Below the pieces are notes generated by a model that ran no database searches, was not told where the DNA came from, and saw only the letters and a list, made by a program, of their open reading frames with translations. Below, piece after piece: positions 1 to 10,395 of a stretch of DNA of 64,000 bases. The number at the start of each line of letters is the position of its first letter. The stretch's first letter is position 1. Origin of the DNA: Candidatus Omnitrophota bacterium (GTDB lineage Bacteria; Omnitrophota; Omnitrophia; Omnitrophales; Aquincolibacteriaceae); the NCBI GenBank assembly GCA_016196545.1, contig JACPXM010000024.1, positions 4,553 through 68,552 of the forward strand, in the 5' to 3' direction. Position numbers and translations under genes: made by a program.

Positions 1-14
1 TTTCCATGATGTCC

Positions 15-1871
15 TCATCCGATCTCGTAGAGGGAGTATCGATACCGGTCGTCCCTCAAATTTTCGGAATCGATAGTGATTAACGGTCTAACTCGTGGAT
101 CCTGGCTAATCGATTGATCTAATAATTGAAGAACAGGGTCCTCTGAGGCTGACGACGAAGAAAGATTTTTAACTCTTAAAATATGCGTGAATCCCCGGTG
201 TTTGATCTCAGAAATCAAGGCCTTCGGATTTGATTCTCCCCGATAAGGCTCACGAATCTTCAGCATGTTCCATCGGATAATCTCGGCATCAAAATAATAC
301 TGCCGTATTTCCTCCGCATTGAATATTTTTGAATTCGGTGGAAGGTGACGATTTGTCCACGAGGCGATGGGATAGGAACGTTCTACCTTGGTCAAATATT
401 CGGAACTTGAACGCCTTTGAAGCAGCGAAAAAATCTCATACCGATAATGGTAAATTCCCAGTAAAAATAAAGAGAGGCTCAAGAAAAATGCGATCCCTAG
501 CATTGCCCTTTTTACAGCACCCTTTCTTCGGGCATCATAAAAAGAGGAAATGCCCACCCCCGAAAGTACTCCCCAACTAACCAAAGCAGGCATAAAATAC
601 CTTGCGTTCTGCGCGAGGAAAAACCAGAAAATGGAATAGCCGATAAAAAAAAACCCCCAAAGAAAAACAAGTTTACTTTCCTTTCGGAATGCGGCGAATA
701 GAAAAGGAAGCGTCCCTAAATAGTAAGGTCCGATCCAATGTCCCCGGTCAAAAAGCTCTGGTTTAAACGTCATCCACCCTAAAAGGAGCCCATAATTTAA
801 GAACGATTTGGGAACTCCATATCCCATGTAAGCTCCAAGGTTGTGAATCCCGGAAGTTCCAAACCAATGGCCGAAATAGGGGTAAAAGGGATTGCCTTCA
901 AGCAACCCATTCCTTAAAAACCAATACCCGCAGGCAAGGAAAAAACCTGAAAGAAATACAAGACCGCGGGAAGGTACGGACTTTAGATTCTTGTCCATGA
1001 ATCCGGAAAAAATTAGAATCATTCCTAAAAAGGGCAGCGCCCACAGGCTGATCAACTTTATCGCTACAGCGATTCCTGCAAAGATGCCGGAAATAAAATG
1101 AAGTTTTAAACTTAAGGCTTGACGGTTGCTGCACAAAATAATTAATGCCAGAAACAGATAAAGCGAAGCGGCGATGTCGACATAGGTTGCTGACATTTGA
1201 TTAAAAACGGTAGGCGTCAATAAAAGCATGAGGCCACTAAAGAGGGCCCAGGGGCGTTGAACGCCCCTAAAGTTCAAATAACTCATGAGGGCTAAACTCA
1301 GAAGCAGGGCGGTCATCCAATGGAATAATTTGGCCGCAAAAACACTTTTGAATAACAAAGCAGAAGCATAGAGATAGTTCCAAAACTGGGGCATGTAGGA
1401 ATTGAGTTCCTCTTCAAGGGGCCTGAGGGAATGGCGACGAGCATAGAGTTTGGGTAGATGAAGCTGATAACACAGAGCGTCATTTGCGGTTTCAGGTAAA
1501 ACATTTAAGACCAAAGTCAGGGCGCAAGAAACCAAAAAGAGAATCGCAAAACCTCTCTCAAAAGAGCTTGTATCACACACCAAAAATCGGAGAACCTCAC
1601 TTCCCCATTCCCGCAAGTCACCCCAAGACTTCAAAGAGAAGAGAAACAATAAAAGGACCAATCCGCTAAGGACCCCGACTTGATAAAATCCCGTAAAACT
1701 CAGCAACATCATCACGAATCCATAAAGAGCAAACCCCAGCGCAAACGTAAAAATCCCTCTTAAAAGGATAGAGAAATCTTGAAAGCAGCTTTTAAATAGG
1801 TGGCCTAAGGCATAAATCCCTGGAAGAAGAAACCCCATATACAAGGCACCTGTCAACACCGAGAGAATCAT
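15..1871 (-). CDS. Polytopic membrane protein, putative GT-C-type (ArnT/PMT-like) glycosyltransferase
   Basis: 618-aa ORF with hydrophobic helices across roughly the first 470 aa, then a soluble C-terminal tail. Its start overlaps the stop of the upstream YfhO-like gene by 1 nt. It is the last gene of the sugar-nucleotide/glycosyltransferase operon. The call rests on architecture and context only. Confidence 0.4.
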   Translation of the reverse strand: MILSVLTGALYMGFLLPGIYALGHLFKSCFQDFSILLRGIFTFALGFALYGFVMMLLSFTGFYQVGVLSGLVLLLFLFSLKSWGDLREWGSEVLRFLVCDTSSFERGFAILFLVSCALTLVLNVLPETANDALCYQLHLPKLYARRHSLRPLEEELNSYMPQFWNYLYASALLFKSVFAAKLFHWMTALLLSLALMSYLNFRGVQRPWALFSGLMLLLTPTVFNQMSATYVDIAASLYLFLALIILCSNRQALSLKLHFISGIFAGIAVAIKLISLWALPFLGMILIFSGFMDKNLKSVPSRGLVFLSGFFLACGYWFLRNGLLEGNPFYPYFGHWFGTSGIHNLGAYMGYGVPKSFLNYGLLLGWMTFKPELFDRGHWIGPYYLGTLPFLFAAFRKESKLVFLWGFFFIGYSIFWFFLAQNARYFMPALVSWGVLSGVGISSFYDARRKGAVKRAMLGIAFFLSLSLFLLGIYHYRYEIFSLLQRRSSSEYLTKVERSYPIASWTNRHLPPNSKIFNAEEIRQYYFDAEIIRWNMLKIREPYRGESNPKALISEIKHRGFTHILRVKNLSSSSASEDPVLQLLDQSISQDPRVRPLITIDSENLRDDRYRYSLYEIG

Positions 1872-4135
1872 TATTTTCGCGATAATCGAGTGAAAGGGTT
1901 GAAAGAAAATTCAATTTTATATTTTCCAGGTGCGGGAATGTGAACCGCTTGAAAGAGGCCGAAGGCATTTGTCAGCGCCGCCTCTTTCCCATTTAAGGTT
2001 ACCTTCCAGCCGGGATAAACTAAATTTGTCAGCACAAAGATCCCAGACCCCCCGGCTTCAAGATTCCATGCCTCAGACTCCTCCTTTAAATCGGAAGCTG
2101 TAATCAAGGCTTCGGAATTGAAAGGCTCAACCTGAAATAGATCGGATGGAATCGCCCCTCTAAAAAAATGGGCCTTTGCCGGATTTAAGTTAACAAGTTT
2201 GTATAAGAAAATTGATTTGTCAGAACCCACGAGTTCTAAACGTGAATCGGATAAAGACTTTGCGGAAAGAATATGCGATACATTTAAAAATGCAAGTAGC
2301 GGTAAATTTTTTAGAACGTAGGATGCGTCAGGAATCGTGAATCCGTTGGAATCGTTCACGTTCCCCAAAGTTCCGATGGTTTGATAATAGCGAGAGGTCA
2401 CCAGAGGGCTGTAAGCGCCGATATCTTCGATTCCATAAATCATATTTAAATTTGGAATGAGTGGAATATCGGGCTCATGACCACGGATGCCAAAAATGCG
2501 GCCTAGATTTCCCTGACTTTTTTCCTCAAGAAGCTTTGCAAGAATCGGTGAAGGTTTGTTCAAAATGGAATAACTTCCGAAGTCCTTACGAAGATCATAA
2601 AAGGAGTACAGATAAAGTTCAGAAAATAAAAAGGAGAGCGTGAGAAAAAGCCAGGTTTTCGATATTCGCTTAGCGCGAATCACGTGGAGGAGTAAGCTGA
2701 AAGAGATAATTAAAAAAAGGTATTGACAGAGATTCCAGCCCTGAAAAGGTGACAAAACCTCATTCATGGCATCCATATAATGATTCAATTTTTCCAGGTA
2801 GATTTCCATGTCGTGGGGATGTCCTGGTCTTCCAAAAATAACTTTTTCGACCAACATCCTTCCCCATTCAAAAACCTGCACCCTGTGATTTCTCAAATAG
2901 AAATAAAACCCCAGAGCCCCCAAAAATGAAAATCCGATAAAGTAGGCCGAGACTCGGGCGCAAAGCAGGACAGAATGCGGAAGCCTCCGCCTGGAAAGTA
3001 GAGAAAAGGCCTTTTCAAGTCCCAAACCGGCTAACAGGCTGTATGCAAAAAGGATGTAAATGATAAATTTGGAAGGCGTTCGAAAAGAATAAAAGCGGGT
3101 GATTTTGATAATCCCCCTATAGAATGGGCTCCATTCTCCAGCAGCCACAAGAATGCCCAAAATCAAAATAAGGGTCCATAGTTTGACGAGAGCCGTTTGC
3201 CTTAACGGCTTAAATGCAAACGGGAGCAAAGCAAAAAAAAGAGAAAAGACTCCGGCATAAAGGCTTATCCCTCTAAAAATCCCCTGCGTATAGGGAAGAA
3301 AAAAGGTCATCAAGGCTGTGGGAGGCATGGAACCCACATAGGCATAGGCTTCCAACGGGCTAGCCCGATTTGAAAGCATGGCCAAGTCATAAGTCATTTT
3401 GAGCTGCGGAAATGACAAAAGGAGAGCGAGTAACAAAATAAACAATACGCCGATTAAGAGGGGTAGAGTCAATTTAATACGTTCCTTCTTAGGTTCAGCA
3501 CAAACAAGAAATCCCAAGCGCAAACCGATATAGAGCAAAAAATTCATAAGCGTAAAAAGGGCCACCTGTAAATATCCCGCCATGAGCATTTGCCAGACAC
3601 ACATTGCCGCATAAAATAAATATTGCTTTGATTTAAACTTCAAAAATTTTTCCCACACATAAAGCGTCAAGGGAAACCAACTCAGAGTCTTCAAGGAGGT
3701 TAAATTGTAATAGGCCCCTCCATAACCCGCTCCGAAGACAAATAGAAAGGCTGAAAAGAAAGCCCCTTTGGGGCTTAATCCCATCGATCGAGCATAGAGA
3801 AAAGTCCCCCACCCGCTCAGAAATAGATGAAAAATAAACAAATACGAATAAGCGAAGTGAAAGGGAAATAGGAAATAAAAAAGCAAATGCGGAAGATAGA
3901 ATATTCCGATCTGCCCTTCCGCGGCGATGGGAAAACCACAATGAATCATCGACGTCCAAAAAGGAAGACGAAAATTTTTGAGAGCCTGAGCTAAATAATG
4001 GGCCCAGGGGTAGTGCTGCTCCAAATGATCTGCGATCAAGGGGCCCTTCAGAACAAGAAAGAGATCGGGATAAAACGAGAAAAGGAGAAATCCTAAAAGA
4101 AAGAGATACGGTCGATCGCGATGGGTTAAGAGCAT
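1871..4135 (-). CDS. YfhO-like polytopic membrane protein (putative glycan/glycopolymer transferase)
   Basis: 754-aa ORF. The N-terminal region (HYPWAHYLAQALKNFRLPFWTSMIHCGFPIAAEGQIGIFYLPHLL) resembles the YfhO family N-terminus. It has many TM helices followed by a roughly 200-aa soluble C-terminal domain. Confidence 0.5.
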   Translation of the reverse strand: MLLTHRDRPYLFLLGFLLFSFYPDLFLVLKGPLIADHLEQHYPWAHYLAQALKNFRLPFWTSMIHCGFPIAAEGQIGIFYLPHLLFYFLFPFHFAYSYLFIFHLFLSGWGTFLYARSMGLSPKGAFFSAFLFVFGAGYGGAYYNLTSLKTLSWFPLTLYVWEKFLKFKSKQYLFYAAMCVWQMLMAGYLQVALFTLMNFLLYIGLRLGFLVCAEPKKERIKLTLPLLIGVLFILLLALLLSFPQLKMTYDLAMLSNRASPLEAYAYVGSMPPTALMTFFLPYTQGIFRGISLYAGVFSLFFALLPFAFKPLRQTALVKLWTLILILGILVAAGEWSPFYRGIIKITRFYSFRTPSKFIIYILFAYSLLAGLGLEKAFSLLSRRRLPHSVLLCARVSAYFIGFSFLGALGFYFYLRNHRVQVFEWGRMLVEKVIFGRPGHPHDMEIYLEKLNHYMDAMNEVLSPFQGWNLCQYLFLIISFSLLLHVIRAKRISKTWLFLTLSFLFSELYLYSFYDLRKDFGSYSILNKPSPILAKLLEEKSQGNLGRIFGIRGHEPDIPLIPNLNMIYGIEDIGAYSPLVTSRYYQTIGTLGNVNDSNGFTIPDASYVLKNLPLLAFLNVSHILSAKSLSDSRLELVGSDKSIFLYKLVNLNPAKAHFFRGAIPSDLFQVEPFNSEALITASDLKEESEAWNLEAGGSGIFVLTNLVYPGWKVTLNGKEAALTNAFGLFQAVHIPAPGKYKIEFSFNPFTRLSRK

Positions 4136-4159
4136 GGTGCGCCTCGAATAAGGGACCTT

Positions 4160-5851
4160 TTAAATTTCATAAAGCTGAAGGATCGGTCCAGGTCTCTGGC
4201 GACTGAGCAGTTCATCCATCGTAAAGGGACCTCCAGTCATCGAGATGGCATCGAGGGCATATTCTATTTCAGGATTCCGATAGGGGGAAAAGGTTTGAAT
4301 GCGTTTGGCATGAGAAGACAAAGGTTCAAAAAATGACGGCGGATTTCTGGTCTTTTGCAACGCTGCGATCAAAACATAGCGAATGCCCTTGGATTTTAAA
4401 GCCTCCCAATCATAGGCCACAGTCGGAGTGGCGTAGAGAAATCGAAGGCTATCGGGACCCTCCCCGGTCATAAAATAAAGCTCAAAGCGGGATTCTCCTT
4501 CCCGTGTCTGAGATAAAAGATAATTCAATTTCCTCAGTTTGGACTCATAGTGATGTCCGCTTTCTAGAATCGTGAGCTTCTTCTGTTCCAGTTGCTTCTC
4601 CGAAGGTAAAAGTCGAGGCATAAAGAAATCACTATCGAGTGCGATCACGGTTTCCTTGCTCAGATTCGCTTCAATCCAATTCTTTGCCAATGTCCGAGTA
4701 TCTTGTTGGGACATGATTTGGTCATAAAGAACGGAACTCAAGAGCGGATAAAATATCGCCCCCAAAATCACAAAATAGATCGCAAAACGCTTGCCCCATT
4801 TAATCCTTTCGATTATCCATTCCGAGGCATCCGCAGCCAGAAGGCAAATAAAAGGAAGGAGGGGCAAAACATACCGGTCGTAGGGCTGGCCTTTGAAGGA
4901 AATAAGAAGATAATAGGCGACAATAAAAAAACTGACACTGACCCTTTTTTTATCCCACGGATGAAAGGATTTCAACAGGCCTAAAAGGGAGAGACAAAGG
5001 AGGGGGCTTCCCAATCCTCCCTTTAAGGAATAGAGAAAATGATGAAAGAGCCCTACGGGGCCATGGGATTTTGATTGCTGAATTATTTCTCGAAGAAAAT
5101 GTCCGTAATCCAGCAACGCAAAGGGGTTGAGTAACAGAAAAACCACTGCTGCACAAAAGGCCGCCGCAAAGAAGTGGAGGAAAACTTGCCTGAAGGACCT
5201 CTTGCCTAGCAGAGATAAGAGATAGGGGAAAGCAATAAAAATTCCATTGTATTTGACCGCTCCCGCGAGACCCATCAAGGCACCTATTTTCAAACTTCGA
5301 ATCCCTTGGGGATAAACCTCAAATTTTAAAATTTCATGAAAGGCCAAAATTAGGACGAATCCCAAGGGAATGTCCGCATAGAGATAATGGGAGTTTTTGA
5401 CATGATTGAAAGCGACCGCAAAATAAAGGGCCCCTAACAGGGCCTTTTTCTTGCCCCAATGATATTGCATCATTCGATACAAAGCACCCACCGATAGAGT
5501 TCCAAGCAAGGCACCAAAGAGTAATCTTCCCGAAAAATAAAAAAGACTGGGGTCCGAATAAAACAAAGTTTCAAAATCCTGAGGGTTTTGCCAGGTTCCG
5601 ATGAGCTTTCCGACAAAGAATAAAATTCCATAAACAAAAAAAAGCAAATAACTTACAAGAGGAGGAATTTTAAAAAAATGAGGGTTGAAATCTCCGGAAC
5701 TATAGGCTAAGGCATGATTGACAAGGATAGGCTCATCGGCATGATAGAGAAAGGGAAGCCCGAATTGAATTCCCCAAAATCTCAGAAGAAAGGCCGCCAA
5801 AAGAATGGCCGCTAAAAGAAGGGGCGTTGTAGAACGAGTTTTAAACATCAT
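4160..5851 (-). CDS. GT-C glycosyltransferase, family 39 / ArnT-PMT_2-like
   Basis: N-terminal motif LRFWGIQFGLPFLYHADEP...IPPLVSYL is typical of the PMT_2/ArnT-like family, and there are more than 10 TM helices. The ORF track starts at 5911, which overlaps the GT2 gene by 71 nt. I moved the start to the internal Met-Met at 5851/5848. Confidence 0.6.
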   Translation of the reverse strand: MMFKTRSTTPLLLAAILLAAFLLRFWGIQFGLPFLYHADEPILVNHALAYSSGDFNPHFFKIPPLVSYLLFFVYGILFFVGKLIGTWQNPQDFETLFYSDPSLFYFSGRLLFGALLGTLSVGALYRMMQYHWGKKKALLGALYFAVAFNHVKNSHYLYADIPLGFVLILAFHEILKFEVYPQGIRSLKIGALMGLAGAVKYNGIFIAFPYLLSLLGKRSFRQVFLHFFAAAFCAAVVFLLLNPFALLDYGHFLREIIQQSKSHGPVGLFHHFLYSLKGGLGSPLLCLSLLGLLKSFHPWDKKRVSVSFFIVAYYLLISFKGQPYDRYVLPLLPFICLLAADASEWIIERIKWGKRFAIYFVILGAIFYPLLSSVLYDQIMSQQDTRTLAKNWIEANLSKETVIALDSDFFMPRLLPSEKQLEQKKLTILESGHHYESKLRKLNYLLSQTREGESRFELYFMTGEGPDSLRFLYATPTVAYDWEALKSKGIRYVLIAALQKTRNPPSFFEPLSSHAKRIQTFSPYRNPEIEYALDAISMTGGPFTMDELLSRQRPGPILQLYEI

Positions 5852-6560
5852 TGCGATGAAGCCAGCGAATGCGAAGTAAATCCAGAAACATCCAAAGAGG
5901 ATCCCAGACAATACTTAAGGTGCTTTGAGGAGAGTTTCGCCACACCACCGGCATTTCAAGCAGCCGATAACCTTTTTTTTGGGTAAGATAGACGATTTCC
6001 GCATCAAAGCTGAATCCCATGATTTTCTGAGCCCGAAAGAGGTCTTGAGCCGCCCTGCGAGAAAAACACTTAAACCCGCACTGTGAATCTTTAATGGAAT
6101 TAAAAACTAAAAATTGAGCAATCCGATTATAAATTCGGCCCATTGTTTCCCGTAAAATATTTTGACGGATTTCAACCTTGGAGCGGTCTAAGGCACGGGA
6201 ACCCAGGACCACCTCATAACCCGAACGCATATAGCCAATCATTCGATCCACCTCCTCAATGGGGGTGGACAGATCCGCATCGGAGAAGAGGAGGTATCTC
6301 GCCCGACCCCGGAGCATTCCGGTTTTAACGGCGGCGCCCTTTCCCTGATTTCGGGGGTGACGGATAATTTCCCCCGGAAAGGAGCCTAAACATTTTCTGG
6401 CCACCTCCGCCGTTTGATCCCTGCTCCCATCGTCAACCACAATAATTTCCGCATCCATTCGTCTCTGTTTAAAAAAATTGATCATCTTCAGCAATGAGTT
6501 TTCCAGTCGCAGGGCCTCATTGTAGGCGGGAACAATCACGGAAAGCTCGAGCTCTTTCAT
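5841..6560 (-). CDS. GT2 polyprenol/dolichol-phosphate glycosyltransferase (GtrB/ArnC/DPM1-like)
   Basis: LSVIVPAYNE...IIVVDDGSRDQT...NQGKGAAV...SDADLSTP is a classic GT-A family 2 polyprenyl-phosphate sugar synthase pattern. It lies directly upstream of the GT-C enzymes, which use such lipid-linked donors. Confidence 0.75.
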   Translation of the reverse strand: MKELELSVIVPAYNEALRLENSLLKMINFFKQRRMDAEIIVVDDGSRDQTAEVARKCLGSFPGEIIRHPRNQGKGAAVKTGMLRGRARYLLFSDADLSTPIEEVDRMIGYMRSGYEVVLGSRALDRSKVEIRQNILRETMGRIYNRIAQFLVFNSIKDSQCGFKCFSRRAAQDLFRAQKIMGFSFDAEIVYLTQKKGYRLLEMPVVWRNSPQSTLSIVWDPLWMFLDLLRIRWLHRNDV

Positions 6561-7495
6561 GATACTTTATTTCTCCATTCCCCAAGCATGGCCTTTAACG
6601 CCTGAAAAGCATTGGATTGAATCCGCCACCCGATCTTTTTCATTTTAAAAATCTCAAGCAAGGTTGTCGAGGGTTCGCTCCCCCTCCGTCTATCCGAGTG
6701 AACTCGAACCCGCATGGGAAGTTTAGTTTGCTTCATCAGGAACGTGGCATAATCCGAAAGAGGCCGGCATTTTCCGGACGCGATATTATAAATCTGGCCG
6801 GATTTTCCTTTTACAAATAAAAGCCAATACGCTTTTACGACATCCCGGACATCCAAAAAATCCCTGCCTAAAGTTAAATCCCCTACTTCGAGTACAGGCC
6901 CCCTCTTTCCCTGCTCGGCCATCGCAATTTGCCGGCACCAATCCGAAAACACAAAATCACTTCTTTGCCCAGTTCCAATATGATTGGTCGGTCGGGCAAT
7001 AACCGCATCCAGCTTAAATCGAGCCGCAAAATTCAGTGTCGAAAGTTCCGCAAGCCCTTTGCTTGCTGCGTAAGGACTGTCCGGCATCATCAGCGAATTT
7101 TCCTGAAGCGGTTCCTTGAGATAAAAAGCCCGGCCATAAACTTGGCTGGTTGAGGCAAATACAAGTCGGCTTCTTAATTTCAGAGATCTCATGGATTCAA
7201 GAATATTTAATGTCCCAAGTGTGTTTATCGCAAAAGTTTCCTGCGAATGCTTCCAGGAAAAACGAGGTACACTTTGTGCCCCTAAATGAAAAATTCCTGA
7301 GGGCTTAAGCGTTTTGAGAAGATCGAAAACCTGCTGCCTATGTTGAAGGTTTAAGGAATGCCATTCTATTTCCGAATCCCTGCGAAGATGACGATAAAAG
7401 GTTCCATGAATTTCAAATCCCTTCGGCTTTAAAAACTTTATAAGATGGAAGCCACTGAATCCGCTGGCTCCGATAATAAGAATTTTTTCACGCAA
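6557..7495 (-). CDS. NAD(P)-dependent epimerase/reductase, probable GDP-4-keto-6-deoxy-D-mannose reductase or GDP-6-deoxyhexose synthase
   Basis: Extended SDR Rossmann motif IIGASGFSGFHL and a YAASK catalytic motif. It is translationally coupled immediately downstream of gmd. Product specificity (rhamnose, fucose or other) cannot be determined from sequence. Confidence 0.55.
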   Translation of the reverse strand: MREKILIIGASGFSGFHLIKFLKPKGFEIHGTFYRHLRRDSEIEWHSLNLQHRQQVFDLLKTLKPSGIFHLGAQSVPRFSWKHSQETFAINTLGTLNILESMRSLKLRSRLVFASTSQVYGRAFYLKEPLQENSLMMPDSPYAASKGLAELSTLNFAARFKLDAVIARPTNHIGTGQRSDFVFSDWCRQIAMAEQGKRGPVLEVGDLTLGRDFLDVRDVVKAYWLLFVKGKSGQIYNIASGKCRPLSDYATFLMKQTKLPMRVRVHSDRRRGSEPSTTLLEIFKMKKIGWRIQSNAFQALKAMLGEWRNKVS

Positions 7496-7496
7496 A

Positions 7497-8480
7497 TTAA
7501 GAGACTCTCAGTTGCCGGGAAACACGCTCGATGTCGGCTTCCACCATCAAACGGACAAGACCTTTAAAATTAACTTCCGGTTTCCATTTTAAAATGCGCC
7601 TGGCCTTGGCAGCATCCCCACAAAGGGTGTGGACTTCCGCGGGACGATAAAAGCGAGGGTCAATCTCTACATATTTTTTCCAAGAAAGTCCCGCACAAAG
7701 GAAGGCCTCTTTGACAAAATCTTCCACCGAGTGAGACTCCCCGGTGGCAACAATGAAATCTTCGGGTTTTTTCAGTTGAAGCATTTTCCACATGGCTTTG
7801 ACATAATCCCCCGCAAAACCCCAATCCCTTTTCGCATGTAAATTCCCCAACGTCACGGAGTCCCATAACCCCAGCTTAATTCGAGCGACGGCGTCCGTAA
7901 TTTTTCTCGTCACAAACTCAATACCCCGCCGTGGAGATTCATGATTAAAGAGAATTCCTGATACCGCAAAAAGTTTGTAGCCTTCCCGGTAATTGACCGT
8001 CATCCAATGTCCATAAAGCTTCGCAATTCCATAAGGGCTACGAGGGTAAAAAGGCGTGTTTAACGTCTGGGGCGAACGAGGCGCTAAACCGTACATTTCA
8101 CTGGAGGAAGCCTGATAAAATCGTATCTTTGGATCAACCAACCGAACTGCTTCTAGCATGCGCGTTACACCCAGTGCCGTCACCTCCCCGGTCAGAACGG
8201 GTTCGGTAAAGGAAGTGGGAACAAAGGATTGAGACGCTAAATTGTAAACTTCCCGGGGTTTAATCGTTTTTAAGATTCGAATGAGGGAGAGCTGATCCAG
8301 CAAGTCCGCTTCCACCAAATGAATTCTAGGAATCAGATGCTCAATCCTTTCAAAGGGCTGCGTGCTGGATCGGCGCATGACCCCATAGACTTCATATCCT
8401 TGGGACAAGAGAAATTCGGCCAGATAAGATCCGTCTTGGCCCGTGATACCTGTTACAATCGCCTTACGTTTGTTTTTCAT
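7497..8480 (-). CDS. gmd: GDP-mannose 4,6-dehydratase
   Basis: N-terminus [34 protein letters not shown], plus [11 protein letters not shown] and [10 protein letters not shown], are hallmark Gmd motifs. Confidence 0.9.
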   Translation of the reverse strand: MKNKRKAIVTGITGQDGSYLAEFLLSQGYEVYGVMRRSSTQPFERIEHLIPRIHLVEADLLDQLSLIRILKTIKPREVYNLASQSFVPTSFTEPVLTGEVTALGVTRMLEAVRLVDPKIRFYQASSSEMYGLAPRSPQTLNTPFYPRSPYGIAKLYGHWMTVNYREGYKLFAVSGILFNHESPRRGIEFVTRKITDAVARIKLGLWDSVTLGNLHAKRDWGFAGDYVKAMWKMLQLKKPEDFIVATGESHSVEDFVKEAFLCAGLSWKKYVEIDPRFYRPAEVHTLCGDAAKARRILKWKPEVNFKGLVRLMVEADIERVSRQLRVS

Positions 8481-9439
8481 TTCGGCACCTTGCTTTTCTC
8501 GTCAATGGCCCCTTTGAAATACTCAAGGGTGTTTTTAAGGCCTACTTCAAGGGTTGTTTGCGGTTGCCACCCGAGCTTCTCTTTGGCCTTCCGGATGTCA
8601 GGTTGCCTCACTTTAGGATCATCCTGCGGTAAGGGTTTGTAATCAATTTTACTTTTACTTGCCGTCATCGCGATAATTTTCTGGGCAAGTTCGAGAATGG
8701 TCATCTCCTGGGGATTTCCGAGGTTCACCGGTTCATTGAGGCTTGAGAAGGCAAGTCTCATAATCCCCTCCACCAAATCATCAACATAACAAAAACTTCG
8801 GGTTTGCTTCCCATCTCCAAAGACGGGGATATTTTGTCCCCGTAGGGCGCTTGAGATAAATTCTGGAATAGCCCTGCCGTCATGAAGACGCATGCGGGGA
8901 CCATAGGTATTAAAAATACGCACGATTTTTACATCCACTTGATGGACCCGGTAATAGGCCATACTCATCGCCTCGGCAAAACGCTTGGCCTCGTCGTAAA
9001 CACCACGGGGGCCCACGGGGTTGACATTTCCCCAATAATCTTCAGGCTGCGGATGAATCAGAGGATCTCCATAGACCTCTGAAGTCGAAGCAAGCAAAAA
9101 AGTGGCTTTTTTAGCCTTCGCGAGGCCCAAAACATTATGGGTTCCGAGGGCCCCCACCTTCAGTGTTTGGATTGGAAAATTCAGATAATCCAACGGACTT
9201 GCGGGGGAAGCGAAATGCAAAACGTAATGAACAATTTCGGGATAGTAAAGCGGCTTTGAAATATCATGCTCGATTAAGTGAAAACGGGATTGGCTTTTCA
9301 AACGCTCAATATTTTTTTGATTGCCTGTTATGAGATTGTCCACGGCCACGACTTCGTACCCCTTTTCGAGGAAACGCTCGCATAAGTGAGAGCCGAGGAA
9401 CCCGGAACCCCCCGTAATCAAAACACGTTTAAGACTCAT
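8477..9439 (-). CDS. UDP-glucuronate decarboxylase (UDP-xylose synthase)
   Basis: [43 protein letters not shown] and YDEAKR motifs, with a UXS-like length of 320 aa. It lies downstream of the UDP-glucose dehydrogenase that makes its substrate. Confidence 0.8.
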   Translation of the reverse strand: MSLKRVLITGGSGFLGSHLCERFLEKGYEVVAVDNLITGNQKNIERLKSQSRFHLIEHDISKPLYYPEIVHYVLHFASPASPLDYLNFPIQTLKVGALGTHNVLGLAKAKKATFLLASTSEVYGDPLIHPQPEDYWGNVNPVGPRGVYDEAKRFAEAMSMAYYRVHQVDVKIVRIFNTYGPRMRLHDGRAIPEFISSALRGQNIPVFGDGKQTRSFCYVDDLVEGIMRLAFSSLNEPVNLGNPQEMTILELAQKIIAMTASKSKIDYKPLPQDDPKVRQPDIRKAKEKLGWQPQTTLEVGLKNTLEYFKGAIDEKSKVPK

Positions 9440-10395
9440 AAATTCTCCTTAAGAAACCACGCCACAGTTTTTTCCAGCCCTTGATGAAAACGCGTCTGAA
9501 CCTTAAAGCCCATTTTTTTCTCTGCCTTGGAGATATCCGCAAAAGTGCGCCGCACATCCCCGGCCCGTCGAGGTAGAAATTTAACAGATTTCGCCTTCCT
9601 TTTTAAGATTTTTTGCAACGCATACAAAATATCAAGAACGGAATACTCGTCATGACAAGCGATATTGAACGATTCTCCTGAAACCTTTTCCGAAGCAGCC
9701 GTCAAAGCCTTGAGATTTCCTTCCACCACGTTATCGACATAGGAAAAATCGCGGGATTGCTTACCGTCCCAATGAATCTGGAGGGGTTGGGACTTCAATA
9801 ACCGGTCGATGAAGATAGGAATGACCGCAGAATACCGGGATTCCGGATTCTGCCGTGGTCCGAACACATTAAAATAACGCAAAGAAACCGTGCTCAACCC
9901 AAAAAGCCTCCAGAATAAACGGCAGTAATATTCCCCCATTAATTTCGATGCTGCATAGGGAGACTCCGGACAAACGGGGTCTCCTTCTGAAGAAGGATAT
10001 TTTTTAGCAAATCCATAAACGGAAGAGGAAGAGGAAAAGATGAATCGCTTCACCTTGGCATCGCGGCTTGCCAAAAGCAGTTTTAAAGTTCCTGTCACAT
10101 TGACATCATTGGTCTCAAGAGGGTTGTCCACGGATCGCAGCACGGCCCGATTGGCACCGATATGAAAGACATATTGAACGTCGCGAAGGGCCTTCCGGAG
10201 AGTGGCTTCATTGCGGAAATCCCCTTTCAAAAAATCTATTTTCCCCTTCCAAGAGGAAAGATTATTTGAAGATCCCGTACTCAAATTATCAAGGACTCTG
10301 ACAGAATAGCCACGCCTTAATAAGCCCTCCACAATGTGAGAACCGATAAAACCAGCACCGCCCGTAACAAGACAATGCGAATGGCTTTTTTTCAT
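9436..10395 (-). CDS. NAD-dependent nucleotide-sugar 4-epimerase (TviC/WbpP-like)
   Basis: [11 protein letters not shown]...VLDNLSTG and YAASK motifs. It is paired directly downstream of a TviB/WbpO-type dehydrogenase (1-nt overlap), matching the known dehydrogenase-epimerase pair. Confidence 0.65.
   Translation of the reverse strand: MKKSHSHCLVTGGAGFIGSHIVEGLLRRGYSVRVLDNLSTGSSNNLSSWKGKIDFLKGDFRNEATLRKALRDVQYVFHIGANRAVLRSVDNPLETNDVNVTGTLKLLLASRDAKVKRFIFSSSSSVYGFAKKYPSSEGDPVCPESPYAASKLMGEYYCRLFWRLFGLSTVSLRYFNVFGPRQNPESRYSAVIPIFIDRLLKSQPLQIHWDGKQSRDFSYVDNVVEGNLKALTAASEKVSGESFNIACHDEYSVLDILYALQKILKRKAKSVKFLPRRAGDVRRTFADISKAEKKMGFKVQTRFHQGLEKTVAWFLKENL

Noticed and set aside
5841-5911. 71-nt overlap between the GT2 gene and the ArnT-like gene as listed in the ORF track. 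It raised the question of a programmed overlap or frameshift.
   Set aside because: An internal Met-Met at 5851/5848 gives an ordinary 8-11-nt overlap and keeps the first TM helix intact. The long overlap is an artefact of taking the longest ORF.
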